Source: Candidatus Thorarchaeota archaeon
GTDB taxonomy: Archaea; Asgardarchaeota; Thorarchaeia; Thorarchaeales; Thorarchaeaceae
Length of the DNA stretch: 64,000 nt
Direction: 5' to 3'
NCBI GenBank assembly: GCA_004524445.1
Contig: SDNP01000009.1
Coordinates: forward strand, 26,069-90,068
The notes beneath the pieces were generated by a model that was not told where the DNA came from, made no database searches, and was given only the letters and a program-made list of their open reading frames with translations. Positions within the stretch are counted from its first letter, which is position 1. Each line of letters opens with the position of its first letter. Of the stretch, positions 38,006 to 48,048 are shown in pieces. The translations under genes and the position numbers were made by a program.

Positions 38006-40090
38006 TTGCCAGAAGATGCCACTGAAGAATCCGCTCAGATAATCCAAGAAGAAGCAGAGCTGGTCCCTGATGAACCCGTTGACAATATAGTCAATGCGCT
38101 TCGGGCAGTACCTAGAAGAATTGGCTCGCGACTAGCGAGTCCTTTCTATTCTCTGGGCGGGTGGCTTAAGAGAAGAGGATCTGGCGCCAGAGGTTTTCTT
38201 TCAAACCCAACCAGAAACACCCGTCAGTGGATTCAGAATACGAATGCATCTCTCAGAGCGGGCATAGCTAGGCTCAGGCATGAAATGGATTCTCTTTCTT
38301 GGGTGCAGCTGATTGCCGTTTTGGTCGCTTTCGGTCTTTTTCTCATAGCCCCTCTTCTAAGTGTAGTCGGTTTTTCGTTTACTGATCCAAATACTGGGCT
38401 TCCTTCCTTACACCATTTCATTAATCTGTTCAATGATTCCAACTTCTGGCCCTGGCAGTATGATCCTAATACTGGGGACTGGATTTCCTATGTTAATCTG
38501 GAAACAATACAATTTGGCGGAGACCTCATGGTCATTCGTGGCTGGGACTTTGGTGCAGTATTAAACTCCATATACGTGGCCATATTTACCACTGCCTTTT
38601 CGGTGCTCTTGGGGGTCTTCCTGGCATTCATTATTGCAAGATATGATTTTCCAGGAAAAAGCATTGTCAGGACTGTCTTGATATTTCCAATCTTGGCGAC
38701 GCCTTTTGTTGGTGCCATCGGTATCAAGACTTTCATGGGCCGCGCTGGCTTCTTCAATAATCTTTTCTACACAGCACTTGGCTGGTTACCATACCGGATT
38801 GAATTGCGCGGTCTTGCAGCAATAATCTTTGTACAATCTCTCTCTCTATTCTCCCTTGTATATCTGAATGCATACTCTTCTTTCATGTCAATTGACCCCT
38901 CTCTTGAGGAACAAGCAGAAAATTTGGGAGCTACAGGTTTCAAGTTGTTTAGGTCCGTAACTCTTCCACTAGCCATGCCTGGAATCCAAGCCGGAGCTAT
39001 CCTAACCTTCATTCTTAGCATAGAGGACCTCGGCACTCCAATTGTCTTCTTTCAGCATCAACAAGCCCAGAAGACTTTAGCATATCAGGTCTTTGACAGT
39101 ATTGCAACACAATCGGGTACTATTGACCCAGCTGGCCCGGCCATAGGGATGATTTTGCTTGTATTTGCAGTTGTAGGATTCCTCACGATTAGAAAATACG
39201 CAGCTCTTCGTTCCTATGAATCAGGGACAAAAGGTGGACAATGGAATCCTCGAACCAGAAAATTGAACCGGAGAACAACACTGTTGCTTTACGCTGTGGT
39301 TTTACCTTTGCTGTTCCTCGCACTTATACCACAAATTAGCGTTATCATCCTTTCTTTTGCAGGCTCTTGGTCCACGAATTCAATTCTCCCTGATACTTGG
39401 ACATTGAGTAACTATGATGTCTTGTGGGCATACCCCGATGTCACTACATCGATTTCGAATACACTCCTTTATGGTCTCTTAGCTACAATTTTCATTGTGT
39501 TACTAGGAACTAGTGCGGCATATATTATCGCGAGAAGGAATATACCTGGAAAGACAGCTTTGGATCTTCTTGTGACATCCCCAATTGCTCTGCCTGGAAT
39601 TGTAATTGCAACTGGGTATTTTACGTTATTTTATGGTACGCCATTGTTTCCGTCCGAAGGTCCTTGGCTTTTGATAACAATATCATATGCAATACGAAAG
39701 TTTCCGTTCACAGTTAGAGCAGCATATGCAGGCCTACTATCTACTCCCGTCATTCTTGAAGAAGCATCAATGAATGTAGGCGCAGATAGAAACAAGACAT
39801 TTGCTAGAATAACAATGCCCTTGATTGGTGTGAGTGTCTTGGCAGGATCATTGCTCTCATTCACTTATTCCGTTAGTGAAGTGAGTACGAGTCTCATTCT
39901 TGGAAGCGTTGGAAGAGAACAGGCGCCAATGACCTTCTGGACAAAGGAGGTTCTAGAGGGAACGGGGGTGTACGGTGGTGCGTTTAGCGCCGCGACACTG
40001 GGTGTCTTGATGATGGCATTACAGATGGTGGTTATCACCATTACAAATCGAATACTAGGCTCTCGGTCATCTGCCATCACAGGAATTTGA
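38006..40090 (+). CDS. ABC transporter permease (two fused TM domains, FbpB-like)
   Basis: Two EAA loops: LEEQAENLGA and LEEASMNVGA. Confidence 0.9.
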   Translation: MPEDATEESAQIIQEEAELVPDEPVDNIVNALRAVPRRIGSRLASPFYSLGGWLKRRGSGARGFLSNPTRNTRQWIQNTNASLRAGIARLRHEMDSLSWVQLIAVLVAFGLFLIAPLLSVVGFSFTDPNTGLPSLHHFINLFNDSNFWPWQYDPNTGDWISYVNLETIQFGGDLMVIRGWDFGAVLNSIYVAIFTTAFSVLLGVFLAFIIARYDFPGKSIVRTVLIFPILATPFVGAIGIKTFMGRAGFFNNLFYTALGWLPYRIELRGLAAIIFVQSLSLFSLVYLNAYSSFMSIDPSLEEQAENLGATGFKLFRSVTLPLAMPGIQAGAILTFILSIEDLGTPIVFFQHQQAQKTLAYQVFDSIATQSGTIDPAGPAIGMILLVFAVVGFLTIRKYAALRSYESGTKGGQWNPRTRKLNRRTTLLLYAVVLPLLFLALIPQISVIILSFAGSWSTNSILPDTWTLSNYDVLWAYPDVTTSISNTLLYGLLATIFIVLLGTSAAYIIARRNIPGKTALDLLVTSPIALPGIVIATGYFTLFYGTPLFPSEGPWLLITISYAIRKFPFTVRAAYAGLLSTPVILEEASMNVGADRNKTFARITMPLIGVSVLAGSLLSFTYSVSEVSTSLILGSVGREQAPMTFWTKEVLEGTGVYGGAFSAATLGVLMMALQMVVITITNRILGSRSSAITGI

Positions 40091-40099
40091 GGTGACGAC

Positions 40100-41260
40100 A
40101 TGGTAGAAATAAAACTTGAAAATCTAAGAAAAACGTTTGGCAAAATAGTTGCAACTGACGAGGTAACTATGACACTTAGAGAAGGCGAACTCTCAACTCT
40201 ACTTGGCCCAAGTGGTTGCGGAAAGACTACACTTCTGCGTCTAATTGCAGGATTCTATCGCCCTGACCGTGGAAGGATATTCTTTGACGAGGACGATGTG
40301 ACAAAAGTTCCTCCCCATAAGAGAAATACTGGAATGGTCTTCCAGAACTACGCACTATGGCCTCACATGAATGTTTACGATAACATTGCCTACGGGTTGA
40401 AGATAAAACGTGTCGACGGCATGAAATATACCAAAGCTGCAATTGAGAAGAGAGTTCAAGCTGCGATTGACTTGGTACATTTGGAAGGCTTAGGCGACCG
40501 TCATGTTCATCAACTGTCAGGAGGGCAACAGCAGAGGGTTTCACTTGCACGCGCTCTGGTTATTGAACCTGACGTACTTCTCTTAGACGAACCACTATCC
40601 AATCTCGATGCCAAACTCCGAACAGAGATGCGTGAGGAGATCATACGAATTCAGAAGGAGCTATCCATCACAACCGTCTATGTTACTCATGATCAACACG
40701 AGGCTCTCAGTATATCTGATCGAGTTGCAGTGATGGAACATGGATATATACAACAATTCGGTACTCCGAGAGAGATTTATCAACATCCTCAGACTATCTT
40801 TGTTGCAGACTTCATTGGTCAGTGTACATTCATCGAAGGTAGTATCAATAACCTCGGGAAGTACATCCAGGTGCAGATACCGGATGGTCAGGTTATCGCT
40901 GGCAAGACAACTATTGAAGAATATCCATTCGAAGAAGGCGAATCTGTGAAATGTGCTATTAGACCAGAAGATCTCCATCTGGAGAGAACTGACCCGCGTG
41001 ATAATGAGATAATAGGGACTATCAACCGTACTATATATATCGGAAATGCGCTGGAAGTTTACTTCTCAATTGGGGATATCTCCGCTCAAGCCCTTCTCGA
41101 TCCCGATTTGAAATTTGAGTCTGGCGAAGAAATTCATCTTTTTGCCCCCCGACCTGAAGTTATGATACTTCCTCTCGGCGGAGTAGAAGCACTGAGAAAG
41201 GTTCCGGGTCACCCTCTTGCAGAAGCAGCAGCTCCAACTACTGCGAAATCGAGTGCCTAA
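40100..41260 (+). CDS. ABC transporter ATP-binding protein (PotA/FbpC-like)
   Basis: GPSGCGKT, FQNYALWPHM, LSGGQQQR, LLDEP, VTHDQ, TOBE region. Confidence 0.95.
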   Translation: MVEIKLENLRKTFGKIVATDEVTMTLREGELSTLLGPSGCGKTTLLRLIAGFYRPDRGRIFFDEDDVTKVPPHKRNTGMVFQNYALWPHMNVYDNIAYGLKIKRVDGMKYTKAAIEKRVQAAIDLVHLEGLGDRHVHQLSGGQQQRVSLARALVIEPDVLLLDEPLSNLDAKLRTEMREEIIRIQKELSITTVYVTHDQHEALSISDRVAVMEHGYIQQFGTPREIYQHPQTIFVADFIGQCTFIEGSINNLGKYIQVQIPDGQVIAGKTTIEEYPFEEGESVKCAIRPEDLHLERTDPRDNEIIGTINRTIYIGNALEVYFSIGDISAQALLDPDLKFESGEEIHLFAPRPEVMILPLGGVEALRKVPGHPLAEAAAPTTAKSSA

Positions 41261-43277
41261 TCGTAACCGCCACACCACGGTTGAACGCAATCATTTCGAA
41301 ACCTGAGAGTAGTGTACGTCCCGTCGCGATTAGGGTTTCCTCTTCATCTAGAACGAGGACTTCTTCAGCCGCATGCAACTTAGGATCTACCTGCTTCACA
41401 AATTTAGCAAGTGCTGATTTTCCTTCTGCGACGAACTCCGATGCCTCTTGTGTCATGACTACCATGTATTTCTCCTTCAATCCCATTTTGGCAAGTTCAA
41501 CTCCCCCTTCATAGGTTGGAGTAAGTAATCCGGTAGTCGGGACCAGTGTGAATAGAATTTCTCCGTTTCTTCTGATATGACGGATTTTTCCCGTACTTCT
41601 AGATAGCTCGATTTCAACTTCGTTTTGTTCAAGAAACTCAGCTGCATCTATTTGCCATTGATATTTGAACAGGAACTGGAGCTTTCTTCTGCTCCAATTG
41701 AATGAACCTCCGGTACCCAATAATTGAATCAACTCTTCTTGATTCTCAATGATATCCATTTCATAGTCTTTTTTGGTTGTGGTGAGAATCGAGTTGACTG
41801 GTGTCTTTCTTGTCAGCCATCGAATCCTTTTTGCTGTAATAGACGCAAGAAATTCTTCCAGACGTGAGGTTGCAGTATGTAAGGTATCTCGGTCAAGGTG
41901 TCGTGGGAATATGCATTGCTGCACCGGATGGACATGCTCTAATTCCCAAGGAACCGCTCCAATCGGAGTCAAAAAGACCAATAGATTCTCTTCTGGTGGT
42001 GTTGATGCAACTACGTCAGCCACATCACATGCAGCATCAGCAAAAGGACGATCGCCATGATGTGGAAAGATTACTAGCTGTTCGGTACTGAGTCCTCTGT
42101 ATGTCGAAATCATCTGGCGACTAAAGCTTTCAATTGCTGGATATTTTGTTGTCTCATTTCCGCTATACAATATGGCCCCGCTGGTACTTCGATTATCCCA
42201 CCTATAGAATTCCTCATAGCCATTCAGCATCCTCATTAAGGCATCATATAGGGTGGGATGTCCTCTCGCTCTCCGTGCCACAAGCTCCATCAATGTTCCA
42301 TCGCTGATTGCCTGTCTGACCCGCCTAATCTCTGCACCGCTGATGTACAGATTATGCTTCATTAACTGAAGGCTTGTTTCTTGTTTTGGCATGCTCTTGA
42401 GTTCTTTCGCTGAGTACTCTGAACATACCGGACAACTGCAAGGGAGTTCACGCAGCGATTCCAGATGGACTGTCCCTTTTGGCAGCATCATTCTTCCAGC
42501 TTCAGCGAATTTCGCATAGGATGCAGAATCAAAGAAATCGCAGCCCATCATGGCTGCTTGAGCAAAAAACATGGGATGGCCACATCCGAAGAGATGAACC
42601 GGACGATTTGGGGGTAGATGCCTTTTCACGGCATAGAGTATGTCCATAATCTCTGCGTATCTGTAACTCTCCATTAGAGGAACGACTCCACCAACTGGAT
42701 GAATGTCAAAGTCCAGCTTTGCCATTTCTTTAGCTGAATATTCCCGTAGGTCCGGATATATCCCGCCTTGGATGGTTCCAGCGAGCATCATATTGCCCTT
42801 CTCAGGTGCCGATATCTTGGCCCTCTGAAGAGAAGTTTCAACATCTGAGTGAACCTGCTCCCTTCCCACGTTGGGAGCTGAGAAGACATCTAGGATTGTT
42901 CCGATATCGGATTGAATCTTTTTTTGAAAGTCTACAATCTCTAAAGGGTCAATCTCTATTTCTGGGAGGCCATGAAAATACATCTGAAATGTGCCTGAAT
43001 CGGTCATGACTGGACCATCAAACCCAATTAACCCATGAACACCATCAGAAACAGCCTTCTCCCTAAAACTTTCATGCGATCTTATGATGTAGGAGTTGGT
43101 AATGACCATCTGAAATCCGAAATCATCTTTTAGCTGTTGTGGGGTGACAGCAGTTTTAGCAGGATGAACAACTGGCATCAGTAGCGGAGTGGTAACAGTC
43201 CCATGATCTGAACTGAATTCCCCTATTCTCGCCATGCCATCTTTTGTACGAGTTTCAAAGCTGCCCATCTTCATCAA
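41238..43277 (-). CDS. tgtA: Archaeosine tRNA-guanine(15) transglycosylase
   Basis: TPLLMPV, MTDSG, HLFGCGHP, FDSASY, CSCPVC Zn site, C-terminal PUA domain. Confidence 0.93.
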   Translation of the reverse strand: MMKMGSFETRTKDGMARIGEFSSDHGTVTTPLLMPVVHPAKTAVTPQQLKDDFGFQMVITNSYIIRSHESFREKAVSDGVHGLIGFDGPVMTDSGTFQMYFHGLPEIEIDPLEIVDFQKKIQSDIGTILDVFSAPNVGREQVHSDVETSLQRAKISAPEKGNMMLAGTIQGGIYPDLREYSAKEMAKLDFDIHPVGGVVPLMESYRYAEIMDILYAVKRHLPPNRPVHLFGCGHPMFFAQAAMMGCDFFDSASYAKFAEAGRMMLPKGTVHLESLRELPCSCPVCSEYSAKELKSMPKQETSLQLMKHNLYISGAEIRRVRQAISDGTLMELVARRARGHPTLYDALMRMLNGYEEFYRWDNRSTSGAILYSGNETTKYPAIESFSRQMISTYRGLSTEQLVIFPHHGDRPFADAACDVADVVASTPPEENLLVFLTPIGAVPWELEHVHPVQQCIFPRHLDRDTLHTATSRLEEFLASITAKRIRWLTRKTPVNSILTTTKKDYEMDIIENQEELIQLLGTGGSFNWSRRKLQFLFKYQWQIDAAEFLEQNEVEIELSRSTGKIRHIRRNGEILFTLVPTTGLLTPTYEGGVELAKMGLKEKYMVVMTQEASEFVAEGKSALAKFVKQVDPKLHAAEEVLVLDEEETLIATGRTLLSGFEMIAFNRGVAVTIRHSISQ

Positions 43278-43380
43278 CTACTAGATTCTTACATGGCTTC
43301 GCCAAGAACCTTTCCGTTATGGCCAAGATATGTTCGTACATATTAAACTCTATAAGGTCAGCAAAGTGGATTAGAATGAA

Positions 43381-44670
43381 ATGCAACAGCTTCGTACTCT
43401 GCTGATTCAGCGAAGAAGACACTATGAACCCAATTTGTTATCCGAATTTGAGGCACTCGCTGCCACAGCTAATTACAACGTCATTGGCACATTTGATATA
43501 GTGGGTCGACCAAAGGGCAGATTTGGCATTTCAACTGGCAAGGTTGAGGAGATCAAGACGTGGATTGAATTGAATCGACCAGATATTGTGCTCTTTTCTC
43601 CCACACTGAAGTCTAGCCAATTATTCCGATTAATGGAGGAGTGGGAGCTTGAGGTCAGAGACCGAACACAGCTCATTCTGGAAATATTCGAAAAACATGC
43701 ACGAACACCTCAAGCAAAGCTACAGATAGAAAAGGCTCGATTGAATTACGAATTACCATTCCAGCGTCACCAGTTACGTATTCGATTGCAGGCAGAGCAT
43801 ACCGGTGACAGACCTACGGCCCATCAAGTTGGGATTGGAGAAGATCTGTTAACCAAGAAACTCTCAGAGCTTCGCAAGAGGATTGCTCTGATCAACGATA
43901 AGCTGGACAAGATTTCCGATGTCCAATCTCTAAAGAAAAAGAAGCGGCAAGCAGAAGGATTCACTGAAATCGCACTCGCTGGTTACACAAATGCTGGCAA
44001 GAGCACCCTTCATAGAACTCTGACAGGTTCTCAGGTGGAAGTGGCTGACCAGCTTTTCACAACCCTGTCCACAAAGACTGCCGAAATATCCATGAAGGGT
44101 AGAGAGGCAGTGCTATCCGATTCAGTTGGTTTCATTAGCAATCTTCCCACCTCGTTGTTGGAGGCTTTCAATACCACTCTAATGGAGATAACTGATGCTG
44201 ATCTGGTTCTGCTTGTTGTAGATGGCTCAGACCACCCGAGTGAGATGCGTCGGAAAATTCAAACATGTCTAACCACGTTTACTGAGATTGGTGCCAACGG
44301 AATTCCGGTTATAGGAGTTTTGAATAAGATTGACTTGTTAGCAGATTACAATATTCGAGAGCAATTAGAGATTATGGAAGAGATGATTGGTCCTGCAGTC
44401 CCTGTGTCAGCAAGGACTGGCGAAAATGTCGGTGAATTGACTCAAATTATAGAAGATGCACTGCCATCCCTTCAGCGCTATCGTCTGAACCTACCCTATG
44501 GTAGCGAGTCAATGTCCATTGTATCGTGGTTGTTTGAATCGGGTCACGTTGCTGAACGCGAATTCAATGAACACTCCATTAGGGTGGAGGCTGAACTGAC
44601 GAAGGAGAAAGCACAGCAGCTCATGAATAGGCTGGATGACCAATCAATTCACGAAGTTGATGATGAGTGA
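43381..44670 (+). CDS. hflX: Ribosome-associated GTPase HflX
   Basis: DRTQLILEIF..HA, AKLQIE, GYTNAGKST, LFTTL, DSVGFI, NKID. Confidence 0.93.
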   Translation: MQQLRTLLIQRRRHYEPNLLSEFEALAATANYNVIGTFDIVGRPKGRFGISTGKVEEIKTWIELNRPDIVLFSPTLKSSQLFRLMEEWELEVRDRTQLILEIFEKHARTPQAKLQIEKARLNYELPFQRHQLRIRLQAEHTGDRPTAHQVGIGEDLLTKKLSELRKRIALINDKLDKISDVQSLKKKKRQAEGFTEIALAGYTNAGKSTLHRTLTGSQVEVADQLFTTLSTKTAEISMKGREAVLSDSVGFISNLPTSLLEAFNTTLMEITDADLVLLVVDGSDHPSEMRRKIQTCLTTFTEIGANGIPVIGVLNKIDLLADYNIREQLEIMEEMIGPAVPVSARTGENVGELTQIIEDALPSLQRYRLNLPYGSESMSIVSWLFESGHVAEREFNEHSIRVEAELTKEKAQQLMNRLDDQSIHEVDDE

Positions 44671-44737
44671 TATGGCTGGCCCATAACAATATCTTTTAGT
44701 CCTTACATGAAAATATCACAAGAGAGATGTTAGCCCT

Positions 44738-45394
44738 ATGATAGTCATGGACCTCAAGACACCAGAAGAGATACTTGACATGCTAGAGGGATATAACAAG
44801 ATTGTTCTCTTTGGTGACTCAGGATGTGCACAGCTTTGCGATGTGGGTGGCATTCTGCAGCTTGAAGATATGACTGATTTTCTTGAGGAAAATGGAAAGC
44901 AGGTTCTGGGGTACATTTTTGTGGAGGGCGGCATTTGTGATGTCAATGCAGTCAGTCGAGATATAAATGAACACTCAGAGATGATTGAAGAGGCTGATGC
45001 ATTCCTTATTCAGGCATGTGGGGTTGCTACTCAGATAACCACTGAATTGGTACCGGATAAGGAATCCTTTCCGGCAACAAATTCAACTTTTCTCGGAAAG
45101 ATGCCAGAACGGTTTCAGCATGAAGAAACCTGCGCGCTCTGTGGAAACTGCATTCTTCATTTGACAGGAGGAATCTGTCCAATTGCGCGATGCTCAAAGG
45201 GAATTCTTAATGGCCCGTGCGGTGGATCCATGGATGGGAAATGTGAACGTGATGATGAAACCGATTGTGTTTGGCAGCTAATATATGAACGTCTTAAGAA
45301 ATTGGGCAAGCTTGAGAATCTCAAGACGATATGGGAGATAAAGGATTGGAGTTTATCCCAAGGGCCCCGTTCTTTGACTCATGAGGAATTCTAG
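44738..45394 (+). CDS. metV: Methylenetetrahydrofolate reductase small Fe-S subunit
   Basis: GCAQLC, ACGV, CALCGNC, GGICPIARCSKGILNGPCGG, CVWQLIYERL. Confidence 0.88.
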   Translation: MIVMDLKTPEEILDMLEGYNKIVLFGDSGCAQLCDVGGILQLEDMTDFLEENGKQVLGYIFVEGGICDVNAVSRDINEHSEMIEEADAFLIQACGVATQITTELVPDKESFPATNSTFLGKMPERFQHEETCALCGNCILHLTGGICPIARCSKGILNGPCGGSMDGKCERDDETDCVWQLIYERLKKLGKLENLKTIWEIKDWSLSQGPRSLTHEEF

Positions 45395-45483
45395 CTCAAC
45401 TGATAAATCACGCTCCCTCTCCAAAGACATATGTATATGATTTGATTTCTGAGTGTAAAGAACATCGAATGGAGTTATCTGAT

Positions 45484-46416
45484 ATGACCAAGTCCCATCT
45501 TCGTACCATTCTCAATTCGGGTGATTTTGTCGTCTCAGGCGAGATTACGCCTCCCCATGGTAGCGACAAGAATTTGCTTTTGGAGCGGTTGAGCTTGGTC
45601 AAAGGCTATTGTGATGCAATTAATGTCACTGATAACGTTCGTGGCATTCCTACATTGAGCAGTCTTGTTGCTACATATCTGATTAAGCAAACCGGTCAAG
45701 AGCCAGTGATGCAGATGTCAGCAAGAGACCGCAATCGAATTCTCTTCGAAAGCGAGTTATATGGCGCTCACGCACTGGAGATTCCGAATGTTCTTTTTGT
45801 CACAGGTGATCACTCGACACTTGGCTCTCATCCTCAGACTAAGATGGTCTATGATGTTGACTCTATTCAAGCATTGGCTCTCGCTAAGCATCTTATGACA
45901 GGTCATGATTTTGCGGGTGATGAGCTGGAGGGAACACCTCAGTTCTATTTGGGGTCAACATTCAATCCCTATGCCGATCCCATGGAGATGCAAGTGCTAA
46001 GGACTCATAAGAAGCAAGAGGCTGGCGCAGAGTTCTTTCAGACTCAGGCAATATTTGATCCCGGGCGTTTCCGTGATTTCATCAAGGAACTTGGAACAAT
46101 CAAGGCAAAGATACTTGGCGGGATTATTCCCCTCAAAGGCCCTCGCATGGCACGTTTCATGAATCGTCGTATTCCAGGCATAAAAATTCCTGAGAGCATG
46201 ATTGAGCGTCTAGAACAAGCTGGAGAGGGCCTTAAAGGAAAGGAAAAAATCAAATCTGTGAGGGGCGAGGGTCTCTCAATCGCGCTAGAAACCATCGAAG
46301 CTATTAAGAAGACCCAAGGTGTAGATGGAATCCATATAATGGGGATTGGTTGGGAAGAAAGCATCCCAGAGTTGGTCGAACGCTCTGACCTATATCCGCG
46401 ACCAAGAGGAGACTAA
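45484..46416 (+). CDS. metF: Methylenetetrahydrofolate reductase
   Basis: EITPP, INVTDN, RDRNR, TGDH, GAEFFQTQ, GIHIM; start codon uncertain (45469 or 45484). Confidence 0.92.
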   Translation: MTKSHLRTILNSGDFVVSGEITPPHGSDKNLLLERLSLVKGYCDAINVTDNVRGIPTLSSLVATYLIKQTGQEPVMQMSARDRNRILFESELYGAHALEIPNVLFVTGDHSTLGSHPQTKMVYDVDSIQALALAKHLMTGHDFAGDELEGTPQFYLGSTFNPYADPMEMQVLRTHKKQEAGAEFFQTQAIFDPGRFRDFIKELGTIKAKILGGIIPLKGPRMARFMNRRIPGIKIPESMIERLEQAGEGLKGKEKIKSVRGEGLSIALETIEAIKKTQGVDGIHIMGIGWEESIPELVERSDLYPRPRGD

Positions 46417-46420
46417 ACAT

Positions 46421-47338
46421 ATGTTTGTATTCAAAAAGGAACAGCAGACCTTCGATTTCGGAGGAGTAACTATAGGTGGAAACCCTGGTGAGTTTCCTAC
46501 AGTCATGATTGGAGGCCTATTCTTCAAGTCTCAAGAGGTGGTCGAGGACGTGAAGAAGGGACTATTCAAGAAGGATTTGGCTAAGGAATGGGTCGACCTT
46601 GGAGTCCATATGAGTGATGAAACAGGTCATCCTCTCGTTATCCAAATATATGGAAGGACACCTGAGGCAATGGAGCGTCACATCTCATGGCTTGCAGATA
46701 ATTTCGACGGTCCTTTCATGTTTGAATCTACAATTTCTGCGGCTAGATTGAGAGGAATAGAATATTGTAGCGAAGCCGGACTTGAGGATCGGGCAATATA
46801 CAACAGCCTGAATCTCTCAACCAAAGATGCCGAAAAGAGTCTTCTCCAAGAAAAATCAATAGACAAGGCTGTTGTCTTAGGATGGTCTCCAAGAGCCACC
46901 AGTTTGAATGATAGAATGGAAACCATCACAGACATGATTGATGAAGCCAAGACACTTGGTATAACAAAGATGTTGATTGACCCAGCCACAATGCCTGTGG
47001 GTGCAGGATATGGGCTGGACTACCGTACTATTCTCACCATAAAGTCTGAATTGGGACTACCGACATGCCTGGGGCCTCATAATGCCCCTTCGGCTTGGAA
47101 GTTCCTAAGACGACCCGAGCTCAATACGCGAAGGACCCACTTAGCAGCAATAGTGGCATCTACTGCAGTAGCCCAGGTACTTGCCACAGACTGCATCATG
47201 TATGGCTCCATGAGACGAACAAAAGAGGTGTTTGCTGCCACATCATTGGTTGCAAATGCAATCGCCTCCGCTGCCGCCGAAGCAAACAGAACTTTAGGAC
47301 GGGAAGGAGAGTTGTTTGAACCTCCCACCTTTGAGTAG
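46421..47338 (+). CDS. mtrH: Pterin-binding methyltransferase MtrH-like (copy 1, divergent)
   Basis: MFVFKKEQ, IGGNPGEFPT, RAIYNS, LIDPA, HNAPSAW, MYG. Confidence 0.85.
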   Translation: MFVFKKEQQTFDFGGVTIGGNPGEFPTVMIGGLFFKSQEVVEDVKKGLFKKDLAKEWVDLGVHMSDETGHPLVIQIYGRTPEAMERHISWLADNFDGPFMFESTISAARLRGIEYCSEAGLEDRAIYNSLNLSTKDAEKSLLQEKSIDKAVVLGWSPRATSLNDRMETITDMIDEAKTLGITKMLIDPATMPVGAGYGLDYRTILTIKSELGLPTCLGPHNAPSAWKFLRRPELNTRRTHLAAIVASTAVAQVLATDCIMYGSMRRTKEVFAATSLVANAIASAAAEANRTLGREGELFEPPTFE

Positions 47339-47348
47339 GTGATGCACA

Positions 47349-48044
47349 ATGAGCAAAGATAGCAAATCACAATCTTGGCCTCCTGTCCCCGGTGACTTTG
47401 AAGTGGGAAACCCAGAGAAGAGCGTAGCAGTATGTACGCTGGGAAAGAAAATCAAAGTGGACGCTGACTACTGCATAATTGGCACTTGTAAAACAGAGAA
47501 CATCGGTATTGAACGTGTAGTAGTAAATGTCATTTCAAATCCTAATATTCGGTGCCTGATTCTATGCGGTCCGGAGGTGCCCGGACATCATACAGGGTCT
47601 TCTTTACGAAGTCTATACCATGATGGGGTAGATGAAACAAACAGGAAGATTTTGGGCGCTAAGGGGGCCATTCCATACATAGAAAACATACCACTCGAAG
47701 CTGTGGAGCGATTTAGGGAGCAAGTCTCTCTAGTAGACTTGATGAATGAATCAGACCCCAAGAAGATTACCGCAGCGGTGACAAAGGCAGAGGGAGAAAA
47801 TCCCGGACCCTTCGCAGATGGGCCAATGTGGGTGGATTTTGGAACAGGCAAGAAATCATCAACTGTCACCATCTTGTCAGGAGCAGTATCACTGATTCCT
47901 GAGTATAATTTCTCATTCAATCCTGCAACTGGATTAGTCGATGAAATTTCAAGCCACGCCAAAGTAGCACTTCACCCAAGCACCATTATTGTTGACATGA
48001 AAAATAACGAGAACGGGACTATTCTTGTAGGGAAGGAGATCTGA
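47349..48044 (+). CDS. mtrA: MtrA/MtxA-like corrinoid protein without a TM anchor
   Basis: WPPVPGDF, KTENIGIE, NPNIR, GPEVPGHHTG (cobalt-ligand His), IPYIEN. Confidence 0.9.
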   Translation: MSKDSKSQSWPPVPGDFEVGNPEKSVAVCTLGKKIKVDADYCIIGTCKTENIGIERVVVNVISNPNIRCLILCGPEVPGHHTGSSLRSLYHDGVDETNRKILGAKGAIPYIENIPLEAVERFREQVSLVDLMNESDPKKITAAVTKAEGENPGPFADGPMWVDFGTGKKSSTVTILSGAVSLIPEYNFSFNPATGLVDEISSHAKVALHPSTIIVDMKNNENGTILVGKEI

Positions 48045-48048
48045 TATC

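Noticed and set aside
41238-41260. Overlapping 3' ends of convergent genes (also 10118-10128, 12913-12916, 52691-52701)
   Set aside because: Ordinary in compact archaeal genomes
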